A stretch of DNA of 64,000 bases from Paragordius varius. Taxonomy: Eukaryota; Animalia; Nematomorpha. The stretch is from NCBI GenBank assembly GCA_964247055.1, contig OZ176051.1, forward strand, positions 12,338,001 to 12,402,000. Reading direction: 5' to 3'. This document shows, one piece after another, positions 13,996 through 28,188 of the stretch. Position 1 is the stretch's first letter; the number at the start of each line of letters is the position of its first letter. The position numbers were made by a program, and so were the translations under genes. The notes beneath the pieces are model-generated. The model was not told the origin of the DNA and did not search any database. It saw only the letters and a list, made by a program, of their open reading frames with translations.

Positions 13996-14571
13996 CACTT
14001 CGATTCAAATTGAGGTATCTAAATACCCCAGACTAAATTTAAATTAATAATTTTAAAAAACCACTGAAGGAAACGGTCCCAATTTAAATTTATGCCTCTA
14101 ACCTAATAAAAATTATATAAATATGCAAAAAAATTTATATAAAATTTTGTTTTGAAAAAAAAGTTCCATGTCAAACTACTTCGACGCCATTTTTATTTTG
14201 CAAAGTTTTTGCAAAATATCGTCATTTAGTTTTAATGGTAAAATTAAAGCTAATTTTTTATTAAAATTATATCTAACATTGATAGAAATAGAAAAAGCGG
14301 TTTATTTTGTAATATATTTTAATTTTCCTATTTCACATATGTCACGTTGACGAAATTTTTACCTTTCGGTTTTCGCTTAAAATAAGTAATAAGTATTTTT
14401 GAATAAAATTTTTTATATTTTACAATTTATTAATGTTATATAAATGCAAAATTTTGTCATGGTTTCGATCTCTTCCATACTTTTTAAAGTATTTGATTTT
14501 AAACAGGCCTGGGGTATCCAACTACCCCAATTTGAATCGAATGACTAAAATGAGTGTCTTGTATCCAAGTG
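13996..14571 (+). mobile_element. piggyBac-type non-autonomous element (MITE), copy 1
   Basis: TTAA on both sides (13992-95, 14572-75). Termini CACTTCGATTCAA…/…TTGTATCCAAGTG. A subterminal inverted repeat (ttcgattcaaattggggta…atacccca) lies at different distances from the two ends. Homologous copies at 40360 and 55189. Confidence 0.85.
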
Positions 14572-14779
14572 TTAATAATCTACTAGGTGTTGTCATAATT
14601 ACTTATCTTTTTTAGTGAAAAAATAAGTAATTTTATAATAAAATTATCGATTTGATTCATTTGTCGCCGAAGACGTGATGGTATTGTAGATGGGCCGGAC
14701 TATTACATTTTGTAAAGGGACCAGAGTTTGATCCCGAAACTGTGCATTTTAAAATGTCTCTTCAGCCCTAATCAGGCTA

Positions 14780-15420
14780 GTGTTAAAGCTTTCATAAATC
14801 CTGATACAATTAAAGTCCTATATTTACAAAATATTGTCGCCATCTATCAGGTATATTAATGCTACAGAAAAACTCAATATTTTATCGAAAAATTCAGCGC
14901 GATTATTTGTTTTTCACTGGTTTTACTGTTTAAAACGGAATGCCATGCACAAGTAATCTATGCTGTGTCTTCAATTTCGGTCGTTTCTCAATTAATACTT
15001 GTAAACAAATCATTTGTTAGCGATAGTGTTGTGTCACTATTCTTAAAGAATTAATAATGTGTAATACCGCTCTGTTTCTCTAAACAAAGTGAATCGTGTT
15101 GTCTAAATTGGTGTTGGGTCTTAAAAGTCACGATATGGATTTACAAAATAAAGCCACCTTTTATAACCGGTCATACTTAAATTTAAAAAAAAATTCATTT
15201 TGTTTAAATTGATGCAGGATTCAAACTCAGATTGTAGATTTCGATCTATATTACATTAATTATGTGAAACGCATTTATCGAGTTTATTACTTTCTTCACT
15301 GTTCGTAGGGTCTATTTATTGTTTTTTGTGATATATTAATCCTTATGTCGATTGTTAATGTCGAATGAAAACATGGCGTTTCATCGTGGTAATTATCGCT
15401 GATGACTTTTTTTAATCTTA
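14780..15420 (-). mobile_element. Degraded mariner transposase relic
   Basis: Minus-strand fragments MTGYKRWLYFVNPYR (cf. VTGDEKWIYFENPKR), IEKRPKL (cf. EKRPE) and …VKPVKN (cf. AKPVK) occur in mariner order. Many stops. Confidence 0.6.
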
Positions 15421-16073
15421 AGTTGGGGTTTGTTTGGTCAAAAAAGTGCAAAAAATATTAAAACAATAAAAATTGGATAATAATTAAAAGCTTACGATTT
15501 AAAAGAATATCTTCCAAATTGTGCTTGAAATGAATAAAAAAAGGAAAAACTGTCGCCTGCGATGATATCTATTTTGGATACCCCTGATTAAAAGGTGATG
15601 TATTACTGCACCTGGTATAAAAAATACTCTACTAGGGCCTTTGGCTTATGAAAAAAGCATTTTTTAACAATGAAATTTTATACGAATATTATTTGGATAA
15701 ATTACACAAAAAATTATAAAAGATGTATTTTATACACATTAAACTCGGAATAAAATAATTTTTGGGATGTTATGATAAAAACTATTACCAAAAGACTAAA
15801 AATAACATGCATGGTAAAGAAAGATTAAATTAATTTGAAAAATAAAATAATAAGGATAATTACGCTTCTGTTTTATAACCAGTTAATAAATAAATGTTGA
15901 ATTTGTTTAGAAAAGTGCTGAATTTAATCGAATATTAAGCTTGGGTGAAAAGTGTTTGGTATAAAAGAAAATGAGTTTCTCGATAAATAGACCCTCCATT
16001 CTTTATGAACCACCTGTAAAATAAATATTCTGATAATCATTATTTAATTATTAAATAAGCCTGTGCTCTGGTT

Positions 16074-16113
<40 letters not shown>

Positions 16114-17292
16114 TAAATAAAGTCAACTAATAATATACACTTGGGTATCAAAAAATATGTTTAAAATGTTTTTTTAAGGAGGAATCATTTTTAATACAAA
16201 TTATGGTATTAAATTTGGGTATAGATTAGCTGCTAATGTAATAATACCTGAAATAGATATATGATGGAATAATGACAAAATTAAATAATTGTGGATATAA
16301 TATAAAATATATATATTGTCTTAACGTTTTAAATGACGATAATTCTAAAATATCAAGTGTTTTAATGGTTATAACATTTTTATGCTATGTAGTTTAAAAA
16401 TGTTTGGAATTCCCTCCAAGGTTTGATTAAATATACATTTTTTTACCTCTAAAGCATTAAATATAAATAATTAAAAAATCTAAAATATTGGGCCAATTTA
16501 TATGGAATTAGGGACTATACTCAAATAATGAAAGTATAATTAATCCTAATTCATAATTCTAACTTGGGCCATAAAAAGCACTTTTACGACCGCGTTTGGG
16601 GCATCAATCTATTATATAAAAAGATTCTTATAAAACATTTCGTCTTTTGCATAGATTTTGAGGACACCCCATTCTAGCTACAATGTGTCAGTGCTTTAAT
16701 TTATTGATATTTATATATATAATTATTATCTATTGATTATTATTAATCATTTTTGTTTAAATGTAAATAATGTGATTAAATGTTTTCGATGGCTGTAGTA
16801 TTTCAGGAAATAAATTATACGGGGAAATGTCTTTTTATTAATTAATTAAAAAATGGACTTTTGTGGCAGTACATTGATCGAAATTAGAAACAGGCACCTT
16901 ATGATGAATAAAATATGAAAGCTAGATGTTTCATTTAATTAAAACTACAAACAATTATATTAAATTTAAGAGGTGGCCGAAACTATCAAATCTTTGCCAA
17001 GCGGGCTCTTTAAAGACATCCATGAAAATCAAGTTATGTTTCGATTTTAATTAACTTACGGTCCCAACTTTTTAAATAAAATATTTTATATAATATATAA
17101 TGTATTTTGATCATGTTGGCGGCTGAATATCGAAATTTGTCATTAAACCTTTTACTTGGTTAATGTATCAAAGTTATAAACAAAGGATTGCTTTTATGGC
17201 TGCAACAATTTTTTAAATATCGTTTATTAAATCAATCGTCTTGTTAATTATGTTTGCCAAAGAAAAAGGTGACTGTCGACAAAAAACATATA

Positions 17293-17887
17293 CCATTGCG
17301 CTTCAAGAGTGTCCTTGAACATTTCAGGTTGTTCCTTGGACACATCAAGTTGGTCCTTAAACACTTTAAGTTGGTCCTTAAAAATTTTTAGTTTTAGTTT
17401 AACCAAAAATTTTACATTTAGTTTTTTATAACAACCCAATTTTCTTTATTTATTAAATATTTATTCATTTAAAATAAAATTTATTCAAAAACCACTTTTC
17501 TGTTTCAAACTAATTTTCTCCAATTTAACAAAATTATTAACTTTAGAATGTTTTCAATGAAAAATTGCAAATAATAAACAAGAATTATATATTTTTTAAT
17601 TATGTGTTAAAATCTTATAAACAACTTAAATAATTTTAATTAAAGATATACGGTTTCTGAATGATTAAAAGTCGATATTAAATTATAATTTATATTTAAT
17701 AATAGAAAATAGGTTAAAAATAAAATAGATGAATCATATACGATTTGATTGATAAAAATTAAAAACAAAACAAAGTCAAAGGACCAACTTGAAGTGTTCA
17801 AAGACCAACCAAAAGTGTTTAAGGACCAACTCCAAATGTTCAATGACATTCTTGAAGTGTTCAAGGAGTCTCTTGAAGTGCAAACAG
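17293..17887. mobile_element. ~600-bp MITE with TA flanks and inverted arms built of ~21-bp subrepeats (Tc1/mariner-like)
   Basis: The left arm (…gcgcttcaagagtgtccttgaac…agttggtcctt…) is the reverse complement of the right arm (aaggaccaacttgaagtgttc…ctcttgaagtgc). TA on both sides. Related subrepeats at ~10520-10615. Confidence 0.7.
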
Positions 17888-18335
17888 TATATTAAGAGTT
17901 AGATATATTAACATCATATGAAAAATTATGTCACCAATGTATTCACAACTCTAAATAGATAATAAATATTTCTAAGGATATTAATTTTATCTTATAACCA
18001 TTTTTCACATTAAATCGCTTAAAAAATAAAAAACAAAATTATGTTTTAGGTTTATGGTTGCTATAAAATTGAAAAGTTTTGAAAAACAAGCTAGAGTTTT
18101 TACCTATGTCGCATTTAAAATTTATTGTTAACAAGATTAACATGTTAATTGTATCCATTATTACACTAGTCAATTTTTCTGCCACTATTTTGCATTTTCT
18201 AATATACTATCATTTTAACAGTAAATCTAAACGAAATTTTAATTCCACCTAAGAATTTTGTATAATTTAATTTTTTTAATTAGACGCCCCTCTTTATCAA
18301 ATTTTATTAAAAAACTATTTTCTTTGTAAATATAC

Positions 18336-18460
18336 AACAAATACCCATTTGTAATTATCATTCGAAAGAGTATTAAAAACTCTATAAAATCATACTAATA
18401 TGTTTTATGATAGTTATTGGACATAGGAAGCAACTAACGCGCGAAGCGAGAGCGTTTTTC
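18336..18460 (+). repeat. Dispersed ~125-bp repeat, copy 2
   Basis: Homologous to 7157-7282; ends in the GC-rich hairpin-like aacgcgcgaagcgagagcgtt. Confidence 0.55.
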
Positions 18461-20068
18461 TTTATAATGGATGAAAATAGGTCAATAATTTCAAAATTTT
18501 AAAGACTAAAAACAAATGTTAAGGTATTTTTGTTTAGTACACTTGAAATAATTTTGATATCAATAATTTTTATTAAATAGGGAAAACAAAAAGCTTTTCA
18601 AAGATTTTTTTAAATTTTATTCTAATGTAACCCTAATAATTATAAAATAATTGTATAATTTATAAATTGGTTTGTCGAAAATTTTTCACTTATTTGTGGG
18701 TTGAAAATTTTGACCATAACATAAATAACTTTAACTTCAGATTGATTTAAATGACTAACTACATTTGATACAGATTTTGCGCCGATGTTTTAAAATACAT
18801 TGCTTTATAACAACTTTAAATTTAAAAATTTCGAGTTTGATATTAAATCGGGGCCAAAAATTATCGATGAACTCTAATAAAAAAATTTAGGTGTCAGACC
18901 AATTTTTTTCAGATATACTATTTATGTACTTTAATCAAATGAATTTTACAAGAATGGCAATTAAAAATATCAAAATTTGTTGTCTAGTTTTATTAAGAAA
19001 TTTCCCTATTAGAAAAGATCACAAAGTAGGTTTAATTTATAATTATAGTCAAAATAATTTATTTTGGTTATTGTTTTGTACATTATAATTTTATATGTAA
19101 TATATAATTATCAATAAATATAAACATATTAATATAAGGTATTTTTTCATAAAAATAAGAGCCAATATATAGCCCATGCATAAAATCGATAAATAGATCA
19201 CCTACATATAATAATGGTATATAGTTAGCAGCATGGTTTTATTTGGACACAAAGTGTGCAAACCGTTTAATTAAAGATATTTTAAAACTTTGTAAATAAA
19301 AGAAATTATATAAATTCATAATAATATTTTTAATTTTTATTATTTTTCGTTAAATTTTCAAGTATTGTATTGTATTCAATTTAATTCAAACAATATATTT
19401 AATAGTTTTTATAATTAAATTTAATATTTATTTTGCACCACTTACCACAGACATGGTGTTATCTCCAAAAACAGCGTAAGTTGTTCAAAATATTTGTTAA
19501 ATTTATTTTTTCATAAAATTTTGGATATATCAATAATGTATAACCACACATACCAAACATAAAATACGCTACCACAGCCTAAAGCTGTTTTAAATTTTCC
19601 GGTAAATGGCGAATACCGAACTACGCATTTTAGACCTTTCGATAAACTTTTGAGATATTATAAAAAATAATTTTATCATTTTATAATTATCATACCTATC
19701 CATGGTTTTTATATAATTATAATATCGCCTATTATTATACAACAGTTGACATTGCCGGACATCACCTATTTTATCGCATAATGTAACTCATATTAACAAT
19801 TACGATAACAATAACAATGATAATATGTTTACAAGATTTCGTTCGTTTTAGTTAACTATGTAAACTTTTTACCTCAAAACGTCTCTGTAACTTAACACTC
19901 AATATATATATATATATATTTGTAAATTTAAACAATTCAATATTAATTCAATTTGATTCACCGCTTATTCATATGGAGGCTTCGATCATTCATATTAATT
20001 TGTCATAGGGCAATGTGAAAATAATTTAAATATTTTTCTTAACCAAAATAAATATCATATATATTCCA

Positions 20069-23000
20069 ATGAAAATAAAAAATTCGTCGCCAAAGTTAAA
20101 GCAACAACAGAACTATGGGCTGGACCAATCAATATCGCCTTCAAAAAAATATTTGACGCCAGGGAGTCAAACGGCTAATTACAACAGAAATAATATTAGA
20201 CCAGGTCCTACGATTGATTTATACATATTTTAATTAAAATTAAATTATTGGTTAAACATAAAATTAACGCATAAAAAATTTATTTGTATGTAAGTAAAAA
20301 GTTTTTTTCTGGCTTAAAATTTGCGTATTTGTGTTATATATAAACTGAAAAACAAAAAAAATTTTAACTACGTATATGAACAAACAAATTTTTTCACCTT
20401 ATATCCATCCAATCCTATTATTTAATATATTTATAATTCATTTTTAAAATTTAATATTTTATAATTAATGAATGGTTAGGAAAACGAAGTAACTACAGCT
20501 CAACAGATGAAATACCGAACGAAAACATGAGTTTTGATAATAAAGGGTACACTGAAATTACCATTCCTACGCCTTATTCAGATTCTGAGGAGGCTAGAGA
20601 ACATTCAAAGCATGAAAAATCGCTTGTAAATGGATTTAATGTGAATTCTGCCTCCAAAAAAATTAAATCACCATTTGATTCGGTAAAATCCACGATTAAA
20701 AAAGCTGGCTCTTACACATCCCTAGTCATGCATAGTAGTAAATCATATTAATATTAGATCATTGCTTAAAGTAATAATTTATTTGATTTTAAGTAAAATA
20801 GATTTTATAAAGGGTAAATATTTCATAATATTTAACATTATGAGAAACGGGTAAGAATTTTCACTTTTTCCACGTTTATTTTTAATTAACAATAAACTAT
20901 TGATGGAAAAGGCAAATTTAATTTTTAGTATATTTGTTGCAAATATATAGATAAAAATGGAGATTCAAAGCTATCACCCACAATTACGACTAGTAGTCCA
21001 AATGGGACCGCTACCCATCATATGTCAAGCTCGCCTGATACAGTTTTTTTGAAACAATCTCCAAAGCTTCCAGATACGAATTTGAATTATCAATTTGAAA
21101 CAATAAAGTCATCATCTTCGAATCCAACCAAAACTAGCGGAAATTTTAACATTCCAGACACATCTAACATGACTTCCAATGTGAGAAAATCTAGGGCATT
21201 GGAAAACACACAAAAAGAAGTCGATCAGGTGGTAGACATTATGAGAGGTATTTTTGATTTAAATGTATTCGATCATGGTTACCACCAACATTACTTTATT
21301 TAAAATTAAAAATAATTCCAAAATTATTTTATTGAACCCTTTAATGCGGCCAAAATCAGTTTTGACATTATTTTTACAGGGGAAAAGTCACATTAATTAC
21401 CAGGATATATTGGCTTAATTATTGTCATAACTTATTTTAGTGTTGTTTTTTACTTCTACTAAATTAATTAAATATATGACCCAGCTAATGGGCTGATTTA
21501 ATATATATATATATATGGCTTAAAATTTAAATTTATAAAAAAGTCAACCCAAATTTCGTTATAAAATATACAATGGTATAATAAATGAAAAAAAATTGGT
21601 GTTGGCAGTAGACTTTCGTCAATTTGGGATTTCAAACCGAGTCCAACACAAATGGCTTCGCAGGCCGCATTTAAGATATATTTAGGCATTAATAGAATTA
21701 AACATAAAACTGAATTCAAACACAATAGAATATTTCTAGTTTTTGCAATTAAATAAACTTATTTATAAACTTTAAAAATATTAATTTTATTTTTAAATTC
21801 TGTTCCAAATATTTCTTGGGACACATAGGCCGCGTGTTGGACCCTGATCTGAACAGTAAAATAAAACTATTCGTTTAATGCGTGTACTTGTAAAAATACA
21901 GATTTTCAGACAAAAAAATATACCAAAATTAGAAAGTGTATCCATTTCGAATTCGATTATATTATTTATTGCGCCAAATATATTTGTTCCGCTTTTATGG
22001 ATTAGTACCTGTATTTAACCATTTCTCCCGTTAAATGACTTATTTTACGAAAACACAAGTCCCCAATTATAATTTATAGCAATCATACGTCAAATTTTTG
22101 TACAATTCTGTTTTTAGGTATTTCCATTATTTTTATCACATTCTTTATTTAATTAGCCGACATGTAAGGCGTTCATCTCTGTAAAATGTGCAATCTTATA
22201 AAAAATTGAAAATAATTTTCAAATATTCATAAGATAGTATAAACTATTTTTAAAGGAATATTTTAGTTGACAGCGTTTTTATGTTAACCCCTGAAGTGCC
22301 TTACACTCTGTAAATGCGCCACCGTGTAAACACAAGTGTCTAGTTTACAATCAGTTCTTTAAAGGATAGTGCTTTTTATCGATTCAGAGCCATATTTTAA
22401 GTAGAATATATCCAACCTAATAAGCTTTTTTATAGTGCTCCTTCATTCAAATTCAATTATCGTTTCATATCCTATTGATTGGATCGTGTTAGAAGCATTT
22501 TATATAAATAAGCTTTATAATTTAGCCACTCTCATACAAGAGATTTTGCATCCCTCAATCGTTTGTATATCCGGAAAACTTATGAAAGCATAATAATAAA
22601 TTTACCCTCCGTATTTGGCCTATGAAAAAGACCGATTATTAGCCCCTGGGTCCCATTATATCAAAATACGCCACTACATATTCGTGATTCAGAGACCTGT
22701 GTGATTTAAATTAGGCCTCATATCCCTTAATTTATCGATAGTGATCGCAGTTTTATAAAATAAGGTAGCTAAGTAGGTAAATTTATTAGTCGACTTCGAT
22801 TCCTTGGAAAAATGACTAGTTTGGTCTACTCGTCTCTTTCCCATACCATTTCCTTTAGTTCACTTATTCCAGTTTCATTTTTTACAGTGTCGAGCCATTT
22901 TAACATCGATCTCCTTTTTTTCCTTTTCCCTCCAACTTTCAAAATAAAATTTTTCTCTAGGTGTATAGTTCTTAAAATGTGCCCTATGTGCGTAAACTTT

Positions 23001-25464
23001 CTATTTATTATAGCTCTGTTATATTAAGTTAGATCATGATAGTATGAGAAAATATCAAATTTTATATACAATTCTCTATAAAGGTAATATACATGATATC
23101 AACAATTATAAATTAAGCATAAACCATGATGTTATTTGCATGATGCATACAAAGATATACGTGTATATAATTTTTCTCGTACTGTTTCATTTCTCACAGT
23201 GTCAAGCTTATATTCGATATTCTCCTCCAACACCACATTTTAAATGCTGCAATCCTTTTTATCATTCAGCTTATTGTCCAGCTTTCTGCATCAAAAGTCG
23301 CTAGAAGGAAAACCCTTCATATCATTACTCTCACTTTACTTTTCCATGATTTAGTCAACTTGTTGGCAGCTACTTTTCCTAATGCTATGCGATGTTTAAT
23401 ATCTGGTGTGGAGGAGTCGTTAATATCTTTATAGCTTAAGAATAGATACAATTACAACTTCGACTGGCGTGTGGTCTATGATTATATCAGGTTTGTTTTT
23501 TGATGAACTTATAATTTTGGTTTCATAGGATTGTGGTAAATTCATCTATATCTCTTACCCTTTTCTCTTAATAACCTTATCATATATAAACCTTCTGAAT
23601 TATCTGCTATCAGTGTCGTGTCATCTGCGAATCTTAGATTAATAATCCGTTTCCCACCTATAATTAGGCTGTCAGTACCTTCCTCTACTTTTCTCCTGAT
23701 GATTTTTGTACAAATGTTAAACATGTATGGTGAGGGCAACATATCTGTCTAATACCTTTCTGTGTTAAAAATTTATTGGTCCTGCCCACCAAGGTTTGTA
23801 TTGCTTTTTGGTTTTGAACGTATATATTTAAGCGAGGTTCTGACTCTTGCTGTAACTTCATGCTTCCAAACTTTGCCATGAATGTGGATGGTTAATCGAG
23901 TTAAACGCCTGTGTATTATCTATACAACATACATAAAAATCTACGTAATATTCTTTACACGCTAGTTTGCTTACATTAGAGATGTGTTCTCTTGTGTTAC
24001 GTCCTTTCATTAATCATGCTTGAACATCTGGAATCTCTCTGGTTATCACTTAATATAATCTGTTGTGGATTAATTTTCAGTAAAATTTTGCTTGCATTGA
24101 CTAATGGGAGCTATGTTCGTATAGTTCTCGCAATTTGATTTATCTCCCATTTTAATAACTGGGATAAACAGTGAAGTTTGCCAGTCTTTCGGGCAAATAC
24201 GACTCTTATACTTTTTGACACAATCCATGTGTAACATCGGTATACTTTTTATTGATTCCAAGGGAAAATTATCAATTCGAGAGGCTTTCCTTATTGGTAT
24301 CGATTTTAAAACTTCTACCACACCTCTGCTTCCAATATACATAACTCATCATCCACATTCCCATGTATTTGTCTATCCGAGTTTGCTGGGTGCGCACTAT
24401 ATAGCTGTTTAGTGTAACTTTCTTATCCTTCTTTAATTTCTATCTCCGTCGTCAAGATCCTTCCTTGATCATGCTTCATTTTCATGTTGGGGTCTTGGTT
24501 TTGATTTTAACCGTAAAATCAGGTTTTGCCAAAATAATTATAGCTTCGTTAAACAATAAAAATCTTTTGACATTAGTCTAAAAGCGTGAAAAATGGATAT
24601 TTTAAAATATTGTCGGTCTCTAAATAATTTTTTTTCAAAACGCTTACGTTCCTAAAATTATCTTTGGATAGTAACTTTCAAGCCTTTATCCGGAAAAATT
24701 TACTGCTGGTTTAGCCTTTTTATTATTGGTTAAGTGCTGGATACTTTCAATTTATTATATATTTTTGTCAAATCTGGTTTTGTATAAGAAATGAAGTATA
24801 CGCATATTTGCATAAGAGCCTTAGTTTAATTGCACGATTGAACTATCCACCGGAAAAAATATATTTTTAAACCAAATCTTTTATTTACGCCACATTTTAT
24901 CGTAAAATATTAAATTCGATAAAGTCACGACGATGCGTATCAGGCCACATCTGATAGAAATAATTGGTTACCTAAGAAAATAACGATTGATGTTCAATTA
25001 AACAAAAGCAATTATGGATATGTGACACTATTCGTCCGTTATTTATTTAATTTTGTATTATGTAAAATTTGTATATTTTTTATCATATTCGTTTTTAATC
25101 TATATATATATATATTGCCCATGATATAATTAATATAATGTAGATTGAGATATTTGAAAGCGGTTTCAGAAAGAACCTAATTAATTTGACTGTTTAGAAA
25201 ATTTGTCTACTTGTTTAAATATATTTGAATAATTATTTTACAGGTAACATTGAAAAGATTTTGGATCGCGAAAGTAAGTTGGATGAATTAGATAGTCGAT
25301 GTGAACATTTGAAAGACTCTTCGTCGGCTTTTCAATCAACAACTCAAAAAGTTAAACATAAATATTGGTGGAAAGATAAATTATATCTTATCATTATAAT
25401 TTCTATCATACTAATTATACTTATTGCCATCATAATATCCTTAATTGTACATTTTTCAAAATAA
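20069..25464 (+). CDS. VAMP: Synaptobrevin/VAMP-family R-SNARE, ~303 aa; exons 20069-20204, 20480-20737, 20951-21247, 25244-25464
   Basis: Joining exons 3 and 4 across GT..AG (phase 1) gives RALENTQKEVDQVVDIMRGNIEKILDRESKLDELDSRCEHLKDSSSAFQSTTQKVKHKYWWKD plus a C-terminal TM helix. This is a synaptobrevin coiled coil with the zero-layer Arg and the KYWW motif. Exons 1 and 2 are open and phase-compatible, but the exon 1 donor (gtccta) is weak, so the 5' part is less certain. Confidence 0.85.
21637..21846. mobile_element. 210-bp hAT MITE inside VAMP intron 3
   Basis: Ends ccgagtccaacac… and …gtgttggaccctg. The left end shares tccaacacaaatggctt with the hAT at 43692. TSD is degenerate (atttcaaa/atctgaac). 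Confidence 0.6.
22790..24480 (-). mobile_element. RTE-clade non-LTR retrotransposon relic in VAMP intron 3
   Basis: Fragments: KASRIDNFP…PKDWQTSLFIPVIKMGDKSNCENY (RT N-terminal part); KGIRQ…PYMFNI…RIINLRFADDTTLIA (RT catalytic F/YADD); AESWT…AFKMWCWRR; KWLDTVK…SRL (RTE C-terminus). Frameshifted. Confidence 0.85.
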
Positions 25465-27379
25465 TTATATACACATTTTATTTTGAATATTAGTTCGATT
25501 TGGTTAACTTTAAGAAGTTCCTTATGATGATTTTAAATATTTTGTATTCATTTAGCTATCATTTGGTTTTGGATTATTTTTGAATCAAATAATCCATTGC
25601 AATAATATATTTAAATTCTCCTTTAATGTATTATTTATTTTGTTATGATTACTCAATTTTTCAATATATTGTTTATTCATAAAGATGCAAAAATTATATT
25701 TTTTGTTGTATGTAATGAAGTCTAAGTGATAGAGTGGTTCGGGCGTTAAATTAAACATTAAGCCTGCTTGAGTTTTAATCTTATAAGAACAACTATCTGA
25801 TCAACCGTCAAGTTTTTATAGTCCATAATGAAAATAAGTTTTGTGCATGCAAGTTTATTTGAATATTATTTTAATTTCCAGATTGATCTAATAAAAAGCA
25901 TATTTTTTAACCTAATAATCGAACCGTGATCACTCGTATTAAATAAGTTTGGAACCAAAAAATGCTCTCAAGTATCCGGTTATCAGCAACCACAGCAATT
26001 ATTCTAATTTATGTATGCTTCAACTTAGTTCGGATCTATCTGAATTATTACATTTTATATATTACATTTATGAACCGGTTTAACTATATAAATTCCAAAA
26101 ATAAAATATGCGCGTAACCACCTTTTATAGTAGTATATACCCCAGGGCCATTATAAATTTTAATATCTTAAAAAATTTAGCATTTGCCCAAATTTAAAAT
26201 AGCTTTCTTTGGCCTTTTAACATCAGCTGTATGTTTTACTCGTGTTTTGGAATTATATAAATTTAAGGCTGTAGAAGTTTAAAAACAAAATTCTAAGTTT
26301 TTTTATTTAATACACTAGAAGATGGTTCGATAATAAAATTACTTTCAAAACAGCAGTTTTACTACTTAAGCTCTAAATCGAAAACTATCCCAAAATTTTG
26401 TCGAGTAAGAGTACAAAAGAATAAAATTAATGTGTTAAAAATAAAACCAGATGCTTTTCATAATTTATACAGGCGTATTATGCAATCAAATGGTTAGTTT
26501 CTTTAGTTAAATTATAATTTTTTTCACACTTATTACATTGATATATATCAGAAAATGCGAAGACCTCGAGTGGAAGGAAAATTTGTTGTTTATTATTAAA
26601 TAAGTATATTTAATAACAAAATATATTAGAAAAAATATAATTATAAACACCCTTTTTTAGAGTCAAAATAGTCATTCTAACCGAGGACTAATATAATTCT
26701 ATTGACAAAACATAACAACATTTTGCAAACAAATTGTGCTCTACCTCTACAAATAGAGGTTGGACAATAATAGAATGAATTATTATAAGGATTGTAAAAT
26801 GTTTTGTCCTTATTTTTTCGGTCATGTTTTCTTTTTTAATTACGATTGAATTATCAAAGCAAAAAAATATTAAATACTAATAGATAATCCATATGGACCA
26901 AAATATCAACTTTATTTGATATATTAAAAAATATTTTTTTTGGCAAATCCAACAACCAATTTTGGCTGTGTTTTATCAGAATTGCCATTATTATTTTATG
27001 AAAAAACTTGATTCCACATTTTTTTCATTAGTTTGTTTCAATACTTTGATATACACCGTAAATGATAATTATTTGGGTTCATAAACTTTAAAATATATTG
27101 GGCTTTCCAGTTTTTCTTTCAGGGTTTGATGCGTTTGGAACGTTTTATATGTTAAATTGTCGTTAATGTTAAAACGCACCAAACCGTAGGTTAGCTAACT
27201 TTAACATATTAGTTATAAAAGGCCCTCTCCGCCAATATCCTTATAACTATGTAAACTACAAATTATGATTGATAAAAACTGGATTTTTTCATAATTTTTG
27301 CATTATTTAAAGTTGGGACAACACGATCATAATAAATATATAAAATAAATTGCTTTATGTTATGAATTTGATCAATTAA

Positions 27380-27780
27380 CGACCGTTAGCGATTTTCTAC
27401 GATTCCTCCATCCGGTTCTGCCATGAGTTTTTAAGGATTGTTTATGTAAGGATGTTTAATATTTTGTCCAGCCAACGAATACGTCTGCGGCCTTTTCCTC
27501 TCTTACCCTTTTACTAGCATCATTTTCCAAAGAATTTCTTCGTAAGTATCCAAAATAGCTGAATTTTTGCTTAGTTACTTTACAGTAGTCTTGCTTGTCT
27601 ATTTATTTTGTTTGCGATATCATTCATTCTTTCTTGTCATACGAAGTGATTTCCACAACAAAATACTTAAAACAATTATTCTTTTCATGTGAGCTTTTTT
27701 AATGTGCCAACTTTACAGCCGTATATCATGATATGGAATATCAGGGCGTTTATTAATTAAAATTTTATTTTTAATTGTAT
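27380..27780 (-). mobile_element. RTE LINE 3' fragment
   Basis: Minus strand reads SYFGYLRRNSLE…RGKGRRRIRWLD, typical of the RTE ORF C-terminus. Confidence 0.65.
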
Positions 27781-28188
27781 GTCATGTGAGTTTCATAAAT
27801 TATGTGAATCTTTAATAAACCGAACTTAATAAATGTAGCTAAACACAATACAAAAACGTTTACAAAATTCATTAACGTTGATTTCTTAATGACACATGCA
27901 GGGATAAAGAGGATACAGTGGCATTATCTTTAACATTAAATAAATATTGGAAAAGAAGATTTTAAAACAAAACACCTATGCTTTGCTGATTTCTCTAAAA
28001 GACAGTTTCTGGGTAGCTCGGTAATATAGCTTTCCAATCACCTAATAAAACTAACCATATATGCCGCCAATTTATTCCTATCATATTATCCTACATAGCC
28101 AATGTAAGTGGCGAGAGCACATGAGCCCAATGAACATAGGTTAACGTCAAAAGTGCATATATTCTTCTTTTTTAAAATATATCTGGAA

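Noticed and set aside
19451-19475. Mini-exon with ATG and a strong gtaagt donor upstream of VAMP
   Set aside because: Its phase 2 end is incompatible with the exon at 20480 (it would stop at once). It may be a 5' UTR exon but cannot be supported as coding.
23044-23304. 86-aa plus-strand Cys-rich ORF resembling a secreted peptide
   Set aside because: It is largely the antisense of the RTE C-terminal region (AESWT…MWCWRR on the minus strand).
25725-25790. A-box/B-box-like words suggesting a tRNA or tRNA-derived SINE
   Set aside because: No cloverleaf could be folded, the B-box is poor and there is no second copy.
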